Position numbers and translations under genes: made by a program. Source: an uncultured Candidatus Saccharibacteria bacterium (GTDB lineage Bacteria > Patescibacteriota > Doudnabacteria > UBA920). From it: 64,000 nucleotides of DNA. Positions 45,530 through 54,990 of the stretch are shown here, piece after piece; positions within the stretch are counted from its first letter, which is position 1, and each line of letters opens with the position of its first letter. The stretch is from the NCBI GenBank assembly GCA_964474825.1, contig CAYYWQ010000001.1:741609-805608 (forward strand). Reading direction: 5' to 3'. Under the pieces are notes generated by a model. That model made no database searches and was not told where the DNA came from. It saw nothing but the letters and a program-made list of their open reading frames with translations.

Positions 45530-46598
45530 AAGGCTGTTTTTTATAAAAGAGTTCTAAAACTTTATTATTCTTCTGTTTAATTTTAAAACCCGCGCGCGTA
45601 AAAACTTTTAGTGAAGCCTCGTTTTCCGGTTTCACTTCCGCAATAATTGTTTTTACGTTCTTATGTTTTAAGAAAAAACTTTCGCACGCAATCTGAATGG
45701 CGGGAACGCCATAACCCTTGCTTCTAACTTTCTTATGTATAGCAACGCTTATTTCCGCACTATCCCCCTGTTGGTCAAAACGCACCTGACCCACAGCACT
45801 TCCCTTGCTGTCCTGTAAAATATATAAAAATCTTTGGCTGTTTTTTAAAACTTTTTTCAGCCATTCCAAATGTTTCGGCCATTTAATAATTTCCTGTGAA
45901 AAAGAATTCTGTCTGACTTCCGGATCATTGCGCAATTGCCACAAAAATTTAGCGTCGCTAATTTTGGCTTTGCGTAAATTGAGTCTCGGGCTTTTTGCTT
46001 CTAAATAATCAATACCCTTCTTAATATTAACTAAATCGTTTTGGTATTTTATTAACTTCTGTTCTTCAGTCTTTTGCAGTTTATTGCTAGCCATATCCCG
46101 GCCTCCGGGTTTTTTGTTTCCGGGAATTACGGCAAAACGGTTTATAACCCTGCCCCTGTAACCCAAAACTTCAGCGGCTTTTAAAAAAGTCAGGAACACA
46201 CGGAATTGGTAATACGGCCAAGAGCCAACAACAATTATACTTTTCCAGTTATGTTTTTTTGCCAGGTTAATAATATTTATTCCCTGGTCTTTAGTATTAA
46301 AAGATTTACTGTCCACCAAAATGTCCCGGCTTTTTACCCCGTGCCTAATTAGCCAAGCTTTCATTTCGCCTAAAGTAATGTTGTTTTCCCCGGGCCTAAT
46401 TTTTCCCAAAAGGACATTGTTGCCTGACATTACAATTTTTTTAGCCCAGCCTTTTTTATAAAGCTCAGCTACTTTTGGGCCGCGGTCTAACCTGTCGCCA
46501 TGCAGCCAAACAGCCGCGTCAGAAACCTGAAGGCGGTCGTGATAAATAAGCTGGTTTAATTGTTTAACTGTAGGTTTCATTAATTTACTAAATTCCAA
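45522..46598 (-). CDS. Two-domain protein: N-terminal DUF218/YdcF-like domain fused to a C-terminal PseH-like GNAT N-acetyltransferase
   Basis: The N-terminal about 200 aa has a DUF218-like GDRLDRGPKVAELYKKGWAKKIVMSGNNV pattern. The C-terminal about 150 aa is GNAT (RNDPEVRQNSF...VGQVRFDQQ...KKVRSKGYGVPAI), as in PseH. Confidence 0.55.
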   Translation of the reverse strand: MEFSKLMKPTVKQLNQLIYHDRLQVSDAAVWLHGDRLDRGPKVAELYKKGWAKKIVMSGNNVLLGKIRPGENNITLGEMKAWLIRHGVKSRDILVDSKSFNTKDQGINIINLAKKHNWKSIIVVGSWPYYQFRVFLTFLKAAEVLGYRGRVINRFAVIPGNKKPGGRDMASNKLQKTEEQKLIKYQNDLVNIKKGIDYLEAKSPRLNLRKAKISDAKFLWQLRNDPEVRQNSFSQEIIKWPKHLEWLKKVLKNSQRFLYILQDSKGSAVGQVRFDQQGDSAEISVAIHKKVRSKGYGVPAIQIACESFFLKHKNVKTIIAEVKPENEASLKVFTRAGFKIKQKNNKVLELFYKKQPYA

Positions 46599-47659
46599 GA
46601 AAGCGGCGTGCCGCGTTCTATGTCTTTCTTAGCTGTTTTTTCTAACACTTTGTCCAAATATTTAACTTCCAAACCATAAGCCGGACGGATAGAGCGCACA
46701 TTTTTTAAACTAAATTTTTCGCCTTTTTTTACATTTGCGACCACAAATAAAGACCTGCGGAACTGGCGGTTGTATTTTTCAGCAGCAGTCCTAGGTCCAT
46801 ATTTAACAACACCCAAAGCCTGCTCCTGCGCGCGTATGCCGCTAACCATTTCCTTAAATGTTTTGGCGTCGAGGGAAAAATTGTCGTCCAAAGCCGCTTT
46901 GTCATGCTTTATTACAAAATGCTTTTCTATGATATTAGCTCCCAAAGTTGCTGCCAAAACCGGAATTTCGACACCACCCATATTGTCGGAAAAACCACTG
47001 ACCACTTTAAACCTTTTGGCTAAATCTACAATAGTTTTTAAATTGGCGGATATTCCCTCGCCAGAAGAGCTATAAGAAGTAGTGCAGTGAAGCAAAGCTA
47101 ATTGCTTAGCTCCTGCTTTTCGTAAAACTTCTACGGAATATTTTATTTCCGGCAATGTGGCAAACCCTACCGACATAATTACCGGCTTGCCTGTTGCCGC
47201 GACTTTTTTTAAAAGCTGCGTGTCTGTAGCTTCGTAGGAAGCAATTTTGTAGCAAGGTACTTTTAATTTTTGCAAAAAATCTACTGCGGTAACGTCAAAA
47301 GGCGTGGAAAAAAAAGTTAAACCTAAGGCCTCTGTAATTTTTTTTAGTTTGGGCGTCCACTCCCAGGGCATATAGGCCTTTCGGTATAACTCATAAAAAG
47401 TCTGCCCTTTCCAGGCTTTAGGATTGTCTTTACCGCCTACCATAAACCACTTCTTGCGGGAATCTATAGTTAAAGTGTCAGCAGTATATGTCTGCACTTT
47501 AACAGCGTCTGCCCCGGCTTTTGCCGCGGCTTTAATTAAAGCCACTGCTTGTTTAAAACTTTGATTATGATTAGCTGACATTTCCGCAATAATAAAAGCC
47601 GGATGGCCTGGGCCAATTTTTCTTTTTCCTTTTGGGGTTTGAATGATTATTTGAGGCAT
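46580..47659 (-). CDS. pseI: Pseudaminic acid synthase (NeuB/PseI family) with a C-terminal SAF domain
   Basis: NeuB TIM-barrel signature PAFIIAEMSANHN...AGADAVKVQTY. C-terminal SAF domain (KGEKFSLKNVRSIRP). Confidence 0.85.
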   Translation of the reverse strand: MPQIIIQTPKGKRKIGPGHPAFIIAEMSANHNQSFKQAVALIKAAAKAGADAVKVQTYTADTLTIDSRKKWFMVGGKDNPKAWKGQTFYELYRKAYMPWEWTPKLKKITEALGLTFFSTPFDVTAVDFLQKLKVPCYKIASYEATDTQLLKKVAATGKPVIMSVGFATLPEIKYSVEVLRKAGAKQLALLHCTTSYSSSGEGISANLKTIVDLAKRFKVVSGFSDNMGGVEIPVLAATLGANIIEKHFVIKHDKAALDDNFSLDAKTFKEMVSGIRAQEQALGVVKYGPRTAAEKYNRQFRRSLFVVANVKKGEKFSLKNVRSIRPAYGLEVKYLDKVLEKTAKKDIERGTPLSWNLVN

Positions 47660-48789
47660 TAAGACAAAATTTTAGTTAATACTTTTACAACTGTGCCCTG
47701 GTCTTGCTCAGTTAAGTCTGGATATAACGGCAAACTTATGCAGGTGTTATAAAATTCTTCAGTAACAGGTAATGTTAAATCCCCAAAACCGTTTTTGCGA
47801 TAATACGGATGCGTATATACGGGGATGTGGTGGACCTGTACGCCGACTCCCGCTTCGCGCAGTTTTGCAAAAATTTCTGCCCTCTTGCCCGCAAACTCAT
47901 TTTTTAAATTTATAACAAACAAATGCCAGGCAGACTTAAAATCTCCCGCGTCCAAAGGCGGCAATTGTAAGACGCTGATGTTTTTTAATTGCTCATGATA
48001 ACGTTCCACTAACTTTTTGCGTTTACTAACAAATTCGTCTACCCTTTTTAATTGGCTAATGCCAAGCGCACTCTGCATATCTGTGAGTCTATAGTTCATC
48101 CCGAGCTCCTGCATTTCATAATACCATCCGCCGTGGGACGGGTTTACCAAATTTTGTTTGGTAATGCCGTGAGTAATAAACATTTTCATTTTTTTATAAA
48201 ACTCTTCGCTGTTTGTGGTAACTGCGCCGCCCTCTCCTGTGGTGATGGATTTTACCGGATGAAAACTAAAAGTAGTCATATCACTAAGCTGTCCAATTTT
48301 CTGTTCGTGATATGAAGCTCCCAAAGCCTGGCAAGCGTCCTCAATAACCAGAAGCCGATGCTTATCAGCAATCTTTTTTATAGCGGCCAAATCCGCCGGT
48401 CGTCCCGTGTAATCTATAGGTGCAATAACTTTTGTCCTTGGCGTTATTGCGGCTTCTATTAAGTTGGGGTTAATATTTCCGGTTACTGGGTCTATGTCCA
48501 CAAACACAGGTTTTGCTCCCTGCCACACAGCAGCGTTTGCCGTGGCTGCAAAAGTCATGGGCGACGTTATAACTTCGTCGCCGGGCTTAAGGCCTGCGGC
48601 AAAATACGCCGCGTGAAGAGCTGCGGTGCCGTTACTCATAACTACCGCGAATTTGGTCCCGCAATATTCGGCCAGGGCGCGTTCAAATTCCTCAACCTTG
48701 GGGCCTTGAGTTAAGAAGTCTGACTTTAAAATTTTTACCACTTCCTCAACGTCGCTTTCGCTAATTGATTGGTGTCCGTAAGGGATCAT
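47659..48789 (-). CDS. pseC: UDP-4-amino-4,6-dideoxy-N-acetyl-beta-L-altrosamine transaminase (DegT/PseC family)
   Basis: MIPYGHQSISESDVEEVVKILKSDFLTQGPKVEEFE N-terminus. PLP-lysine region typical of DegT/DnrJ/EryC1 aminotransferases. Confidence 0.85.
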   Translation of the reverse strand: MIPYGHQSISESDVEEVVKILKSDFLTQGPKVEEFERALAEYCGTKFAVVMSNGTAALHAAYFAAGLKPGDEVITSPMTFAATANAAVWQGAKPVFVDIDPVTGNINPNLIEAAITPRTKVIAPIDYTGRPADLAAIKKIADKHRLLVIEDACQALGASYHEQKIGQLSDMTTFSFHPVKSITTGEGGAVTTNSEEFYKKMKMFITHGITKQNLVNPSHGGWYYEMQELGMNYRLTDMQSALGISQLKRVDEFVSKRKKLVERYHEQLKNISVLQLPPLDAGDFKSAWHLFVINLKNEFAGKRAEIFAKLREAGVGVQVHHIPVYTHPYYRKNGFGDLTLPVTEEFYNTCISLPLYPDLTEQDQGTVVKVLTKILS

Positions 48790-49766
48790 AAAGTTTCAAT
48801 TATTTGCTTAAGGCCTTTAGCGGTCAGTTGGTGCTTGTTAGTATGACTGGCGTACACAAATCCTGGTTTTACGCTTTTACCGCTTTTATGGTGGTCGTGC
48901 CCGTCCCACCAATCATATTCGGGCAAAATAATGTAATGGTTCTCATGCTCTTTGGTGTGGCGGGATTCTTCTTCTGTTACCATTGTTTCGTGCATTTTTT
49001 CACCCGGACGGATGCCAATAATTCTAACTTTACATTCCGGAGCAAGAGTCTTTAAAAAGTCTTTCATTTTCATGCTCGGAATTTTTGGAACAAAAATTTC
49101 CCCGCCGTACATTTTTTCAAGCCCCAACATAATTAAATCCACAGCCTGGTCTAGCGTTATCCAAAACCTGGTCATATCCTCATGGGTTAAAGTTATTTCC
49201 CCTTTGGCACGCTGCTCTTCTACAATTTTTATAATGCTGCCGCGACTGCCCAATACATTCCCATATCGAACAGCGGAAAACTTCGTACCACCTTCACCTG
49301 AATAAGCATTTGAACTCAGTACTAAACGTTCAGCGCAAAGCTTAGTAGCGCCATACAAATTTGCAGGACTTGCTGCTTTGTCCGTAGAAACAAATAAAAC
49401 TTTTTGCACCTTTTGGTCCAAGGCCGCGTTAATAACGTTTTGCGTTCCTAAAATATTAGTTTTAACGGCCTCTGATGGATTGTATTCCAAGGCAGGAATT
49501 TGTTTTAAGGCAGCAGCGTGAATAATTATGTCCACACCTTTAAAAGCACGCTGCAGGCGTTCCGGGTCACGGATGTCGCCAATAAAAAAACGCAAGCGGT
49601 TCTTGGGGTCAGAAAACTTTGTTTTCATTTGCGACTGCTTAAGTTCGTCGCGACTAAAAACAATAATTTTTTTAGCTTTTGTCTCAAGAAACCTGCTAAT
49701 TAATTTGTTGCCCAAAGACCCTGTGGCTCCTGTAACTAAAATTGTTTTGTTAGAAAAATCTAGCAT
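48786..49766 (-). CDS. pseB: UDP-N-acetylglucosamine 4,6-dehydratase (inverting), PseB-like
   Basis: ILVTGATGSLGNKL Rossmann motif. YGATKLCAERL YxxxK site. Length and order (B-C-I) are typical of pse loci. Confidence 0.85.
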   Translation of the reverse strand: MLDFSNKTILVTGATGSLGNKLISRFLETKAKKIIVFSRDELKQSQMKTKFSDPKNRLRFFIGDIRDPERLQRAFKGVDIIIHAAALKQIPALEYNPSEAVKTNILGTQNVINAALDQKVQKVLFVSTDKAASPANLYGATKLCAERLVLSSNAYSGEGGTKFSAVRYGNVLGSRGSIIKIVEEQRAKGEITLTHEDMTRFWITLDQAVDLIMLGLEKMYGGEIFVPKIPSMKMKDFLKTLAPECKVRIIGIRPGEKMHETMVTEEESRHTKEHENHYIILPEYDWWDGHDHHKSGKSVKPGFVYASHTNKHQLTAKGLKQIIETL

Positions 49767-49796
49767 ATATTGTTATTGGTTATAAATTATAAGTTA

Positions 49797-51074
49797 CTAG
49801 TTAGCTTTCACTGTTTCCCAAAATATTTCCGGACAAATTATGCCGCTTCTAGGCGCCTCCAGACTGGCCGGCGGTCCGCTGGGAAGGACTTGGAAAGAAA
49901 GAGCTTCACGGGCCGCAAAATACTGCTTAACGTTTGGGCTTCTGCCGCCAAGGGTTATGCTGTACCTGCCGCCATTTAAAAGTTTTTTAGGTATTTTACT
50001 TTTTGCCACATAGCGTCCTGGGGCTTTGTTCCTGGTAATACCACCCTGCTGGTCGTAGTCTGAGGTCATAAAAATTTCCTCGCTCCGTTCATTCATTAAA
50101 TAAAAATCCGCGGAAAAGAATGGCAATTCTTTTTTAACCTGATATTCCACAGTAACAAAAATATCTTCCGCTGAACCAAACTCTTCTGTTAAGGTTCCGC
50201 TGGAGTCGGTTAACTTGGCAGATACTAGTTCCGCTTCTTCCGGCGCCAAATTATCTTCTTTTAAGGCCTGGTAAGACGCGCGGCTTTCCGTGGATAATTG
50301 GTCCAAATAGTAATTTATAACTTCCCTAACAGGGCCGTATTTTTCAACTCCCCCTTTATTTAAAAGCAAACACTTGGTACACAACTGCTCAATAGCCTTC
50401 ATGTTATGACTTACAAACAAAATTGTCCTACCTTGCTTGCTGGTAACTTCTTCCATTTTTCCTAAACACTTTTTTTGGAATTCCGCGTCCCCAACTGCCA
50501 AAACTTCGTCTACTAAAAGTATTTCAGGCTCAAGATGAGCGGCCACGGCAAAAGCTAAACGCACCTGCATACCGGAAGAATATCTTTTAACAGGGGTGTC
50601 TAAAAATTGGCCGATGCCCGCAAATTCTACAATTTGGTCAAATTTTTCCTCAACTTCCGCCTGCTTCATTCCTAAAATAACGCCGTTTAAAAAAACATTT
50701 TCACGACCAGTAAGTTCTGGGTGGAAACCAGTACCCACTTCCAGTAAACTACCTACCCTTCCCCTAAGTTTTATTTCTCCTGTTGTAGGAAGCGTAATGC
50801 GGGAAAGAATTTTTAGTAAAGTGCTTTTACCAGCTCCGTTTTTCCCAATAATTCCTAAAACTTCGCCGCGGTCTACGGAAAAACTAACGCCGTTTAACGC
50901 CCAAAAATCTTGCTTGCCGCCTTGGGTAAAACCGCCTTTAAATTTTTCCCTTAAAAAATTAAAGGGATGCGTAAATGCGTTTGTTAAAACATCTCGAAAA
51001 GCCACATACCTTCCGCCATAACGGGACAGGTTATACTTTTTTGAAAGATTAGTTACTTCAATAATTGGTGTCAT
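49797..51074 (-). CDS. wzt: ABC transporter ATP-binding protein Wzt/TagH-type with a C-terminal glycan-binding extension
   Basis: Walker A GIIGKNGAGKSTLLKIL, signature YSSGMQVRLAFAVA, Walker B ILLVDEVLAVGD. A C-terminal domain of about 190 aa is like Wzt O-antigen-binding domains. The start is set at the internal Met (MTPIIEVTNLSKKY) to avoid overlap with wzm. Confidence 0.85.
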   Translation of the reverse strand: MTPIIEVTNLSKKYNLSRYGGRYVAFRDVLTNAFTHPFNFLREKFKGGFTQGGKQDFWALNGVSFSVDRGEVLGIIGKNGAGKSTLLKILSRITLPTTGEIKLRGRVGSLLEVGTGFHPELTGRENVFLNGVILGMKQAEVEEKFDQIVEFAGIGQFLDTPVKRYSSGMQVRLAFAVAAHLEPEILLVDEVLAVGDAEFQKKCLGKMEEVTSKQGRTILFVSHNMKAIEQLCTKCLLLNKGGVEKYGPVREVINYYLDQLSTESRASYQALKEDNLAPEEAELVSAKLTDSSGTLTEEFGSAEDIFVTVEYQVKKELPFFSADFYLMNERSEEIFMTSDYDQQGGITRNKAPGRYVAKSKIPKKLLNGGRYSITLGGRSPNVKQYFAAREALSFQVLPSGPPASLEAPRSGIICPEIFWETVKAN

Positions 51075-51078
51075 AAAA

Positions 51079-51894
51079 TTAGACAACGTCTGCAAAATAT
51101 TTTTCCGTTGAATTAAAATACACAAATCCTAAAACAAAAACAACAATTGCAATTCCAGCGGAAAAAAGTAGGGCCAACCAATTAATTGGCGCGTTTCCCA
51201 AAATTGCCGCCTGGGCTGCTTTTATTATTCCGGTCATTGGGTTTAGCGCCAAAAGTTTTGCGTATTTTCCGGCAATGCTGGCCGGATAAATTACAGGCGT
51301 AACAAACAACATAAGCTGAATAAAGAAAGGCAAAACATAACGCACGTCACGGTATTTAACATTTACCGAGGCCAAAAAAAAGCCAATGCCGGCAGCGAGC
51401 AAAAAAATGATTACCAAAAGCAGCGGCACTATTAACAGCCCTAAAATATTTGGCAAAAAATTATAGTAAGCCATTAAAATTATTAGAACAAAACCGGCAA
51501 GAAAAAAATCTACCAGTCTTGTTAGCACAGCTGAAAGGGGCAAAACCAACCGAGGAAAATAAACTTTGGTAATTATAGACTGGTTGCCTACAAGGGAATC
51601 CCCAGCGTCGGAAATAGAATTGGCAAAAAATTGCCACAGAATAAGTCCGGTATAAACAAAAATCGGGTAAGGAATATTGTCCGAAGGAATTTTGGCAAAA
51701 TGCCCAAAAACCACGCTAAAAACCACCATGGTAACAAACGGCTGGAAAATTGCCCAAAGCACCCCTATTGCGGTTTGCTTATAACGGACTTTTAAGTCGC
51801 GCCAGGAAAAAAAGTACAAAAGCTCTTTATAAACCCACAGCGCTTTTATGTCGTCCCAGCTGAATGCTTTTTTTGGTCTAATAACTATTTCCAT
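51079..51894 (-). CDS. wzm: ABC-2 type polysaccharide export permease Wzm
   Basis: Six-TM ABC-2 permease immediately upstream of wzt. Confidence 0.8.
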   Translation of the reverse strand: MEIVIRPKKAFSWDDIKALWVYKELLYFFSWRDLKVRYKQTAIGVLWAIFQPFVTMVVFSVVFGHFAKIPSDNIPYPIFVYTGLILWQFFANSISDAGDSLVGNQSIITKVYFPRLVLPLSAVLTRLVDFFLAGFVLIILMAYYNFLPNILGLLIVPLLLVIIFLLAAGIGFFLASVNVKYRDVRYVLPFFIQLMLFVTPVIYPASIAGKYAKLLALNPMTGIIKAAQAAILGNAPINWLALLFSAGIAIVVFVLGFVYFNSTEKYFADVV

Positions 51895-51998
51895 TAATCC
51901 ACCAAAATTTTGCCCTTGTTGTTGAGCAAACTTAATTATTTAAAAAAGATGAATAACACTATCTTTCTGATTTTCCCCGCAAAGTTTAGGCGGGCAAA

Positions 51999-53198
51999 CT
52001 ATTCTTTAATATACTTTTCCTGCTCTTCTTTGATTAAATGAACTTTTCCATAAGATTGAGGCTCCCCCCACAGCGTATCTTTCCACCATTGTCCGTCTTT
52101 AATATACCAAACCCTGTGGTCGCGGAACGTGTCAGCCACGTGGTCGAATTTTTCTTCGGTCCAGCCTACGTAATCCAGCCAACGGTAAAGGTCTTTGGAT
52201 TTAATGTGGTCCATTTTTTTAACAATTTCCACGCCTTGCTCGCGCGTCATTATACCGGCGCGAATGTCTTTACAAACATGGTCAGAAGCGCGGCCATAAC
52301 CGAATTTTACAAACTTCATATAATCGTGAATGCCGTTTTCGTGCATGTCATCCAAATTGGAAAATTTCCTGTAAGTGCGCTCAAACGGCTCTTCAGCTTC
52401 CAAAAAGCCGTACTTTTCCTTAACCATTTGTGCGTGCTCATTGGCTTCCCATTTAAAATAATTGGAAATAAAAATACCGCGCACACCCACCTCGTCTATT
52501 TGCTTGTCACTCGGGTACATATAAGGAATAAGTTCCTGCTTGGAAAGATCTTCGCCGTACTTAGGAGCGGCTTCCAAAAAATTACTCCATTCATAGCCGC
52601 GCAAGTCGTGCTCGTGGCGGGACCTATAGGTAAACTCTATCATGTCGTTGTAGGAATGCATACCGCCCAAATCCATAAAACCGTGCTCGCCCCAAATCAT
52701 AAGCGGAATTTTTTGGTCAACGGCAACCCTAATGGGATAAGTAACAATGCCGCTGTGGTTGTGCCAGTTCATGTCGCCCATCATAAGCATACCCATTCGG
52801 TTCATGACTTTAAGAACGCGCACGCTTGGCGTAAAAAATATGTGGTCGCAATTAAAAACCTCGCGCATGTTTAAAAGATTCTTCATGCCCGTGGGCGTGT
52901 AGTTATAGCCGTGGTAAGTAACCAACAAAGGCTTTAGGCCAAAACTTTTTATAACATGGATTTGGTAATAGCTGTCTTTGCCGCCGCTTACCGGAATTAC
53001 GCAGTCATAGTTAAGGCCGTCTTTGGACTTGTATTCCGAAACCAGCTGCTCAAATTTTTTCCTGCGGTCTTCCCAGTCCACAGCGACTCTTTGGTCGCCC
53101 ACGCGGCAGCCTGAACAAATACCATTTTCGTCAAAAGTTAAAGGCGTAGCCGTGCTTTCCGGATAGACGCATTTTTTACAATAACGCATTTTGATCAT
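51999..53198 (-). CDS. N-acetyl sugar amidotransferase (WbuX/LfnA-like, PP-loop), copy 2
   Basis: N-terminal zinc ribbon CKKCVYPES...CSGC. PP-loop PVSGGKDS. Paralog of 43636-44790. Confidence 0.8.
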   Translation of the reverse strand: MIKMRYCKKCVYPESTATPLTFDENGICSGCRVGDQRVAVDWEDRRKKFEQLVSEYKSKDGLNYDCVIPVSGGKDSYYQIHVIKSFGLKPLLVTYHGYNYTPTGMKNLLNMREVFNCDHIFFTPSVRVLKVMNRMGMLMMGDMNWHNHSGIVTYPIRVAVDQKIPLMIWGEHGFMDLGGMHSYNDMIEFTYRSRHEHDLRGYEWSNFLEAAPKYGEDLSKQELIPYMYPSDKQIDEVGVRGIFISNYFKWEANEHAQMVKEKYGFLEAEEPFERTYRKFSNLDDMHENGIHDYMKFVKFGYGRASDHVCKDIRAGIMTREQGVEIVKKMDHIKSKDLYRWLDYVGWTEEKFDHVADTFRDHRVWYIKDGQWWKDTLWGEPQSYGKVHLIKEEQEKYIKE

Positions 53199-53212
53199 AT
53201 GTGTATGGTAAA

Positions 53213-53998
53213 TTACCTAAAGTTTAAACCTTGGCTTTTTAAAAGTTTCTTAGCCCTTGGATAAGCTAATTCCGTAAAGTGGAAAAAATTTCCGGCTGCG
53301 ACTCCGGAAACAGGAATGGCTTTAGAAAGCTTTACAAAATCTTCGGCGTTTCCCGCTCCGCCGCAAGCAATAACCGGCAAGCTGGTAGAGGTAACAACTT
53401 TAGCAATAGTATCCAAGTCGTAACCGTTTGCCAAGCCGTCTCGGTCTATGGAATTTAAAAATATTTCCCCGGCCCCAAAGGATTCGCATTTTTTTATCCA
53501 GTCATAAACAGTCACGCCTGTATTATTCTTACCGAATTCCGTGTGGACCATGGGCTGGCCGTTAATAATTTTATAGTCTATGGATATCACCGCGGCTTGG
53601 CTGCCGTATTTTTCCGCAACTTGCGTAATAAGCTCAGGGGTTAAAAATGCTCCGGTGTTTAAAACGACTTTGTCTGCTCCGTTACGAATTCTAAAATCTA
53701 CATCTTGTATTGTCCTAATTCCTCCCCCGAACGAAAGGGGCATAAAACAAACTTTGGAAATGGCCTTAATAATTTCTTCTATGGACAAATAAGATTTAAC
53801 TCCCTGGTCATCGCGTCTCGTGTCGTAAAATTTTTCCCGGCTAATGTCTATGTAAATAAGTTCGTCCACGTCCCACTCATTGTAGCGCTGGGCTTCGTCT
53901 ATTACATTTCCCATATTCTGGTGGAAGGAAAAATTTTCGCTCCGTACAATAAAACCGTTTTTAATGTAGAGCACCGGAATTAGCCTGGTCTTGATCAT
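53213..53998 (-). CDS. HisF-like cyclase subunit (WbuZ-type), copy 2
   Basis: LIPVLYIKNGF...SFGGGIRTIQDV...PVIACGGAGNAEDF. Paralog of 42873-43631. Confidence 0.8.
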   Translation of the reverse strand: MIKTRLIPVLYIKNGFIVRSENFSFHQNMGNVIDEAQRYNEWDVDELIYIDISREKFYDTRRDDQGVKSYLSIEEIIKAISKVCFMPLSFGGGIRTIQDVDFRIRNGADKVVLNTGAFLTPELITQVAEKYGSQAAVISIDYKIINGQPMVHTEFGKNNTGVTVYDWIKKCESFGAGEIFLNSIDRDGLANGYDLDTIAKVVTSTSLPVIACGGAGNAEDFVKLSKAIPVSGVAAGNFFHFTELAYPRAKKLLKSQGLNFR

Positions 53999-54606
53999 TT
54001 TACGTTTTCAAAATTCTTTAAAATCTGCAAGCCGTCCTTTTGGCTTTTTTCCGGGTGGAACTGGCAGCCAAAAATTTTACCCTTGCCAACGCAGGCCGCG
54101 AACTCAAAGCCGTAGTCGGAAGTAGCCAAAATTTCTTTTTCGTCTTCCGGTGCGCAATAAAAACTATGCACAAAATAAAAACTATTGTCTTCTCCTACTC
54201 CGGCCGTTAATGGAGACTCAGATTTTTTTACCAAATTATTCCAACCCATATGCGGAATAGGCAAGTTTTTTATTTTGTTGCCAAAAAATAAGACTTGGCC
54301 TTTTATTAAGCCTAAGCCTTGGTGTAGTCCGTGTTCTTCGCTGTTGTCCATAAGCAATTGCATGCCTAAACAAATTCCGAGCAGCGGCTTGCCTTCTTGC
54401 GCAAACTTTTTTATTGGCTCCACAAACCCAAGTTTGTTTAGTTCTTCCATGGCCAGGCCAAAAGCACCAACGCCGGGCAAAATTAATTTGTCACAACCTT
54501 CTATTTCTTCCGGAGAATTTACAATCCGGCTTTCTATGTTCAAATAATCCAAGGAATTTTTTACAGACCCCAAATTCCCCATTTTGGAATTTACAATTCC
54601 GATCAT
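53995..54606 (-). CDS. HisH-like class-I glutamine amidotransferase subunit (WbuY-type)
   Basis: GICLGMQLL catalytic Cys motif and HPEKS His/Glu motif. 203 aa. Confidence 0.8.
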   Translation of the reverse strand: MIGIVNSKMGNLGSVKNSLDYLNIESRIVNSPEEIEGCDKLILPGVGAFGLAMEELNKLGFVEPIKKFAQEGKPLLGICLGMQLLMDNSEEHGLHQGLGLIKGQVLFFGNKIKNLPIPHMGWNNLVKKSESPLTAGVGEDNSFYFVHSFYCAPEDEKEILATSDYGFEFAACVGKGKIFGCQFHPEKSQKDGLQILKNFENVK

Positions 54607-54652
54607 AATCTTTAAATCTTTATATTCTTAAATCTTTAAATAATTACCACCC
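54607..54652. repeat. AAAGATT-family repeat (inverted orientation) flanking the small HTH gene
   Basis: aatctttaaatctttatattcttaaatctttaaat is the reverse complement of tandem AAAGATT-type units. Confidence 0.4.
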
Positions 54653-54898
54653 TTACCAGCTTTGTACTTTTTCGCGAGTTTTGCTCTTTAAGCTTTGGTA
54701 AGCAATAGTTGCCTTCTGGTCTAATTCCGGAGAAAACATGTTAAGCAATTCATGCCCTAAAAACCTATATTGTCCGCCAATTTTGGCGCCTTTAATTAGG
54801 CCCTTCTTTATCATTCTTTTGAGGGTACTATTGCTTACTTTTAAGAGTTTTTCTGTTTCCCCTGAGGTATATACCTCGTTTGGATTAATTTCCGACAT
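54653..54898 (-). CDS. Excisionase/MerR-type helix-turn-helix DNA-binding protein (81 aa)
   Basis: ETEKLLKVSNSTLKRMIKKGLIKGAKIGGQYRF matches the excisionase-family HTH pattern. It is a stand-alone gene with its own promoter inside the glycan island. Confidence 0.6.
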   Translation of the reverse strand: MSEINPNEVYTSGETEKLLKVSNSTLKRMIKKGLIKGAKIGGQYRFLGHELLNMFSPELDQKATIAYQSLKSKTREKVQSW

Positions 54899-54990
54899 AT
54901 AATATATTTAGATTGAATAATTGAAAGATTGAAAATAAAAAAATTAGGAATTACTAATCTTTGAATATTTCAATCATTTAATCTTTCCAT
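54899..54990. repeat. AAAGATTG-family palindromic repeat element in the 5' leader of the HTH gene
   Basis: agattgaataattgaaagattgaaaat ... aatctttgaatatttcaatcatttaatctttcc forms an internal inverted repeat. Confidence 0.4.

Noticed and set aside
49797-51125. Long form of wzt overlapping wzm by 47 nt
   Set aside because: An internal Met, MTPIIEVTNLSKKY (ATG at 51074), gives a canonical ABC N-terminus and removes the overlap. The upstream 17 residues are likely read-through of the ORF finder.
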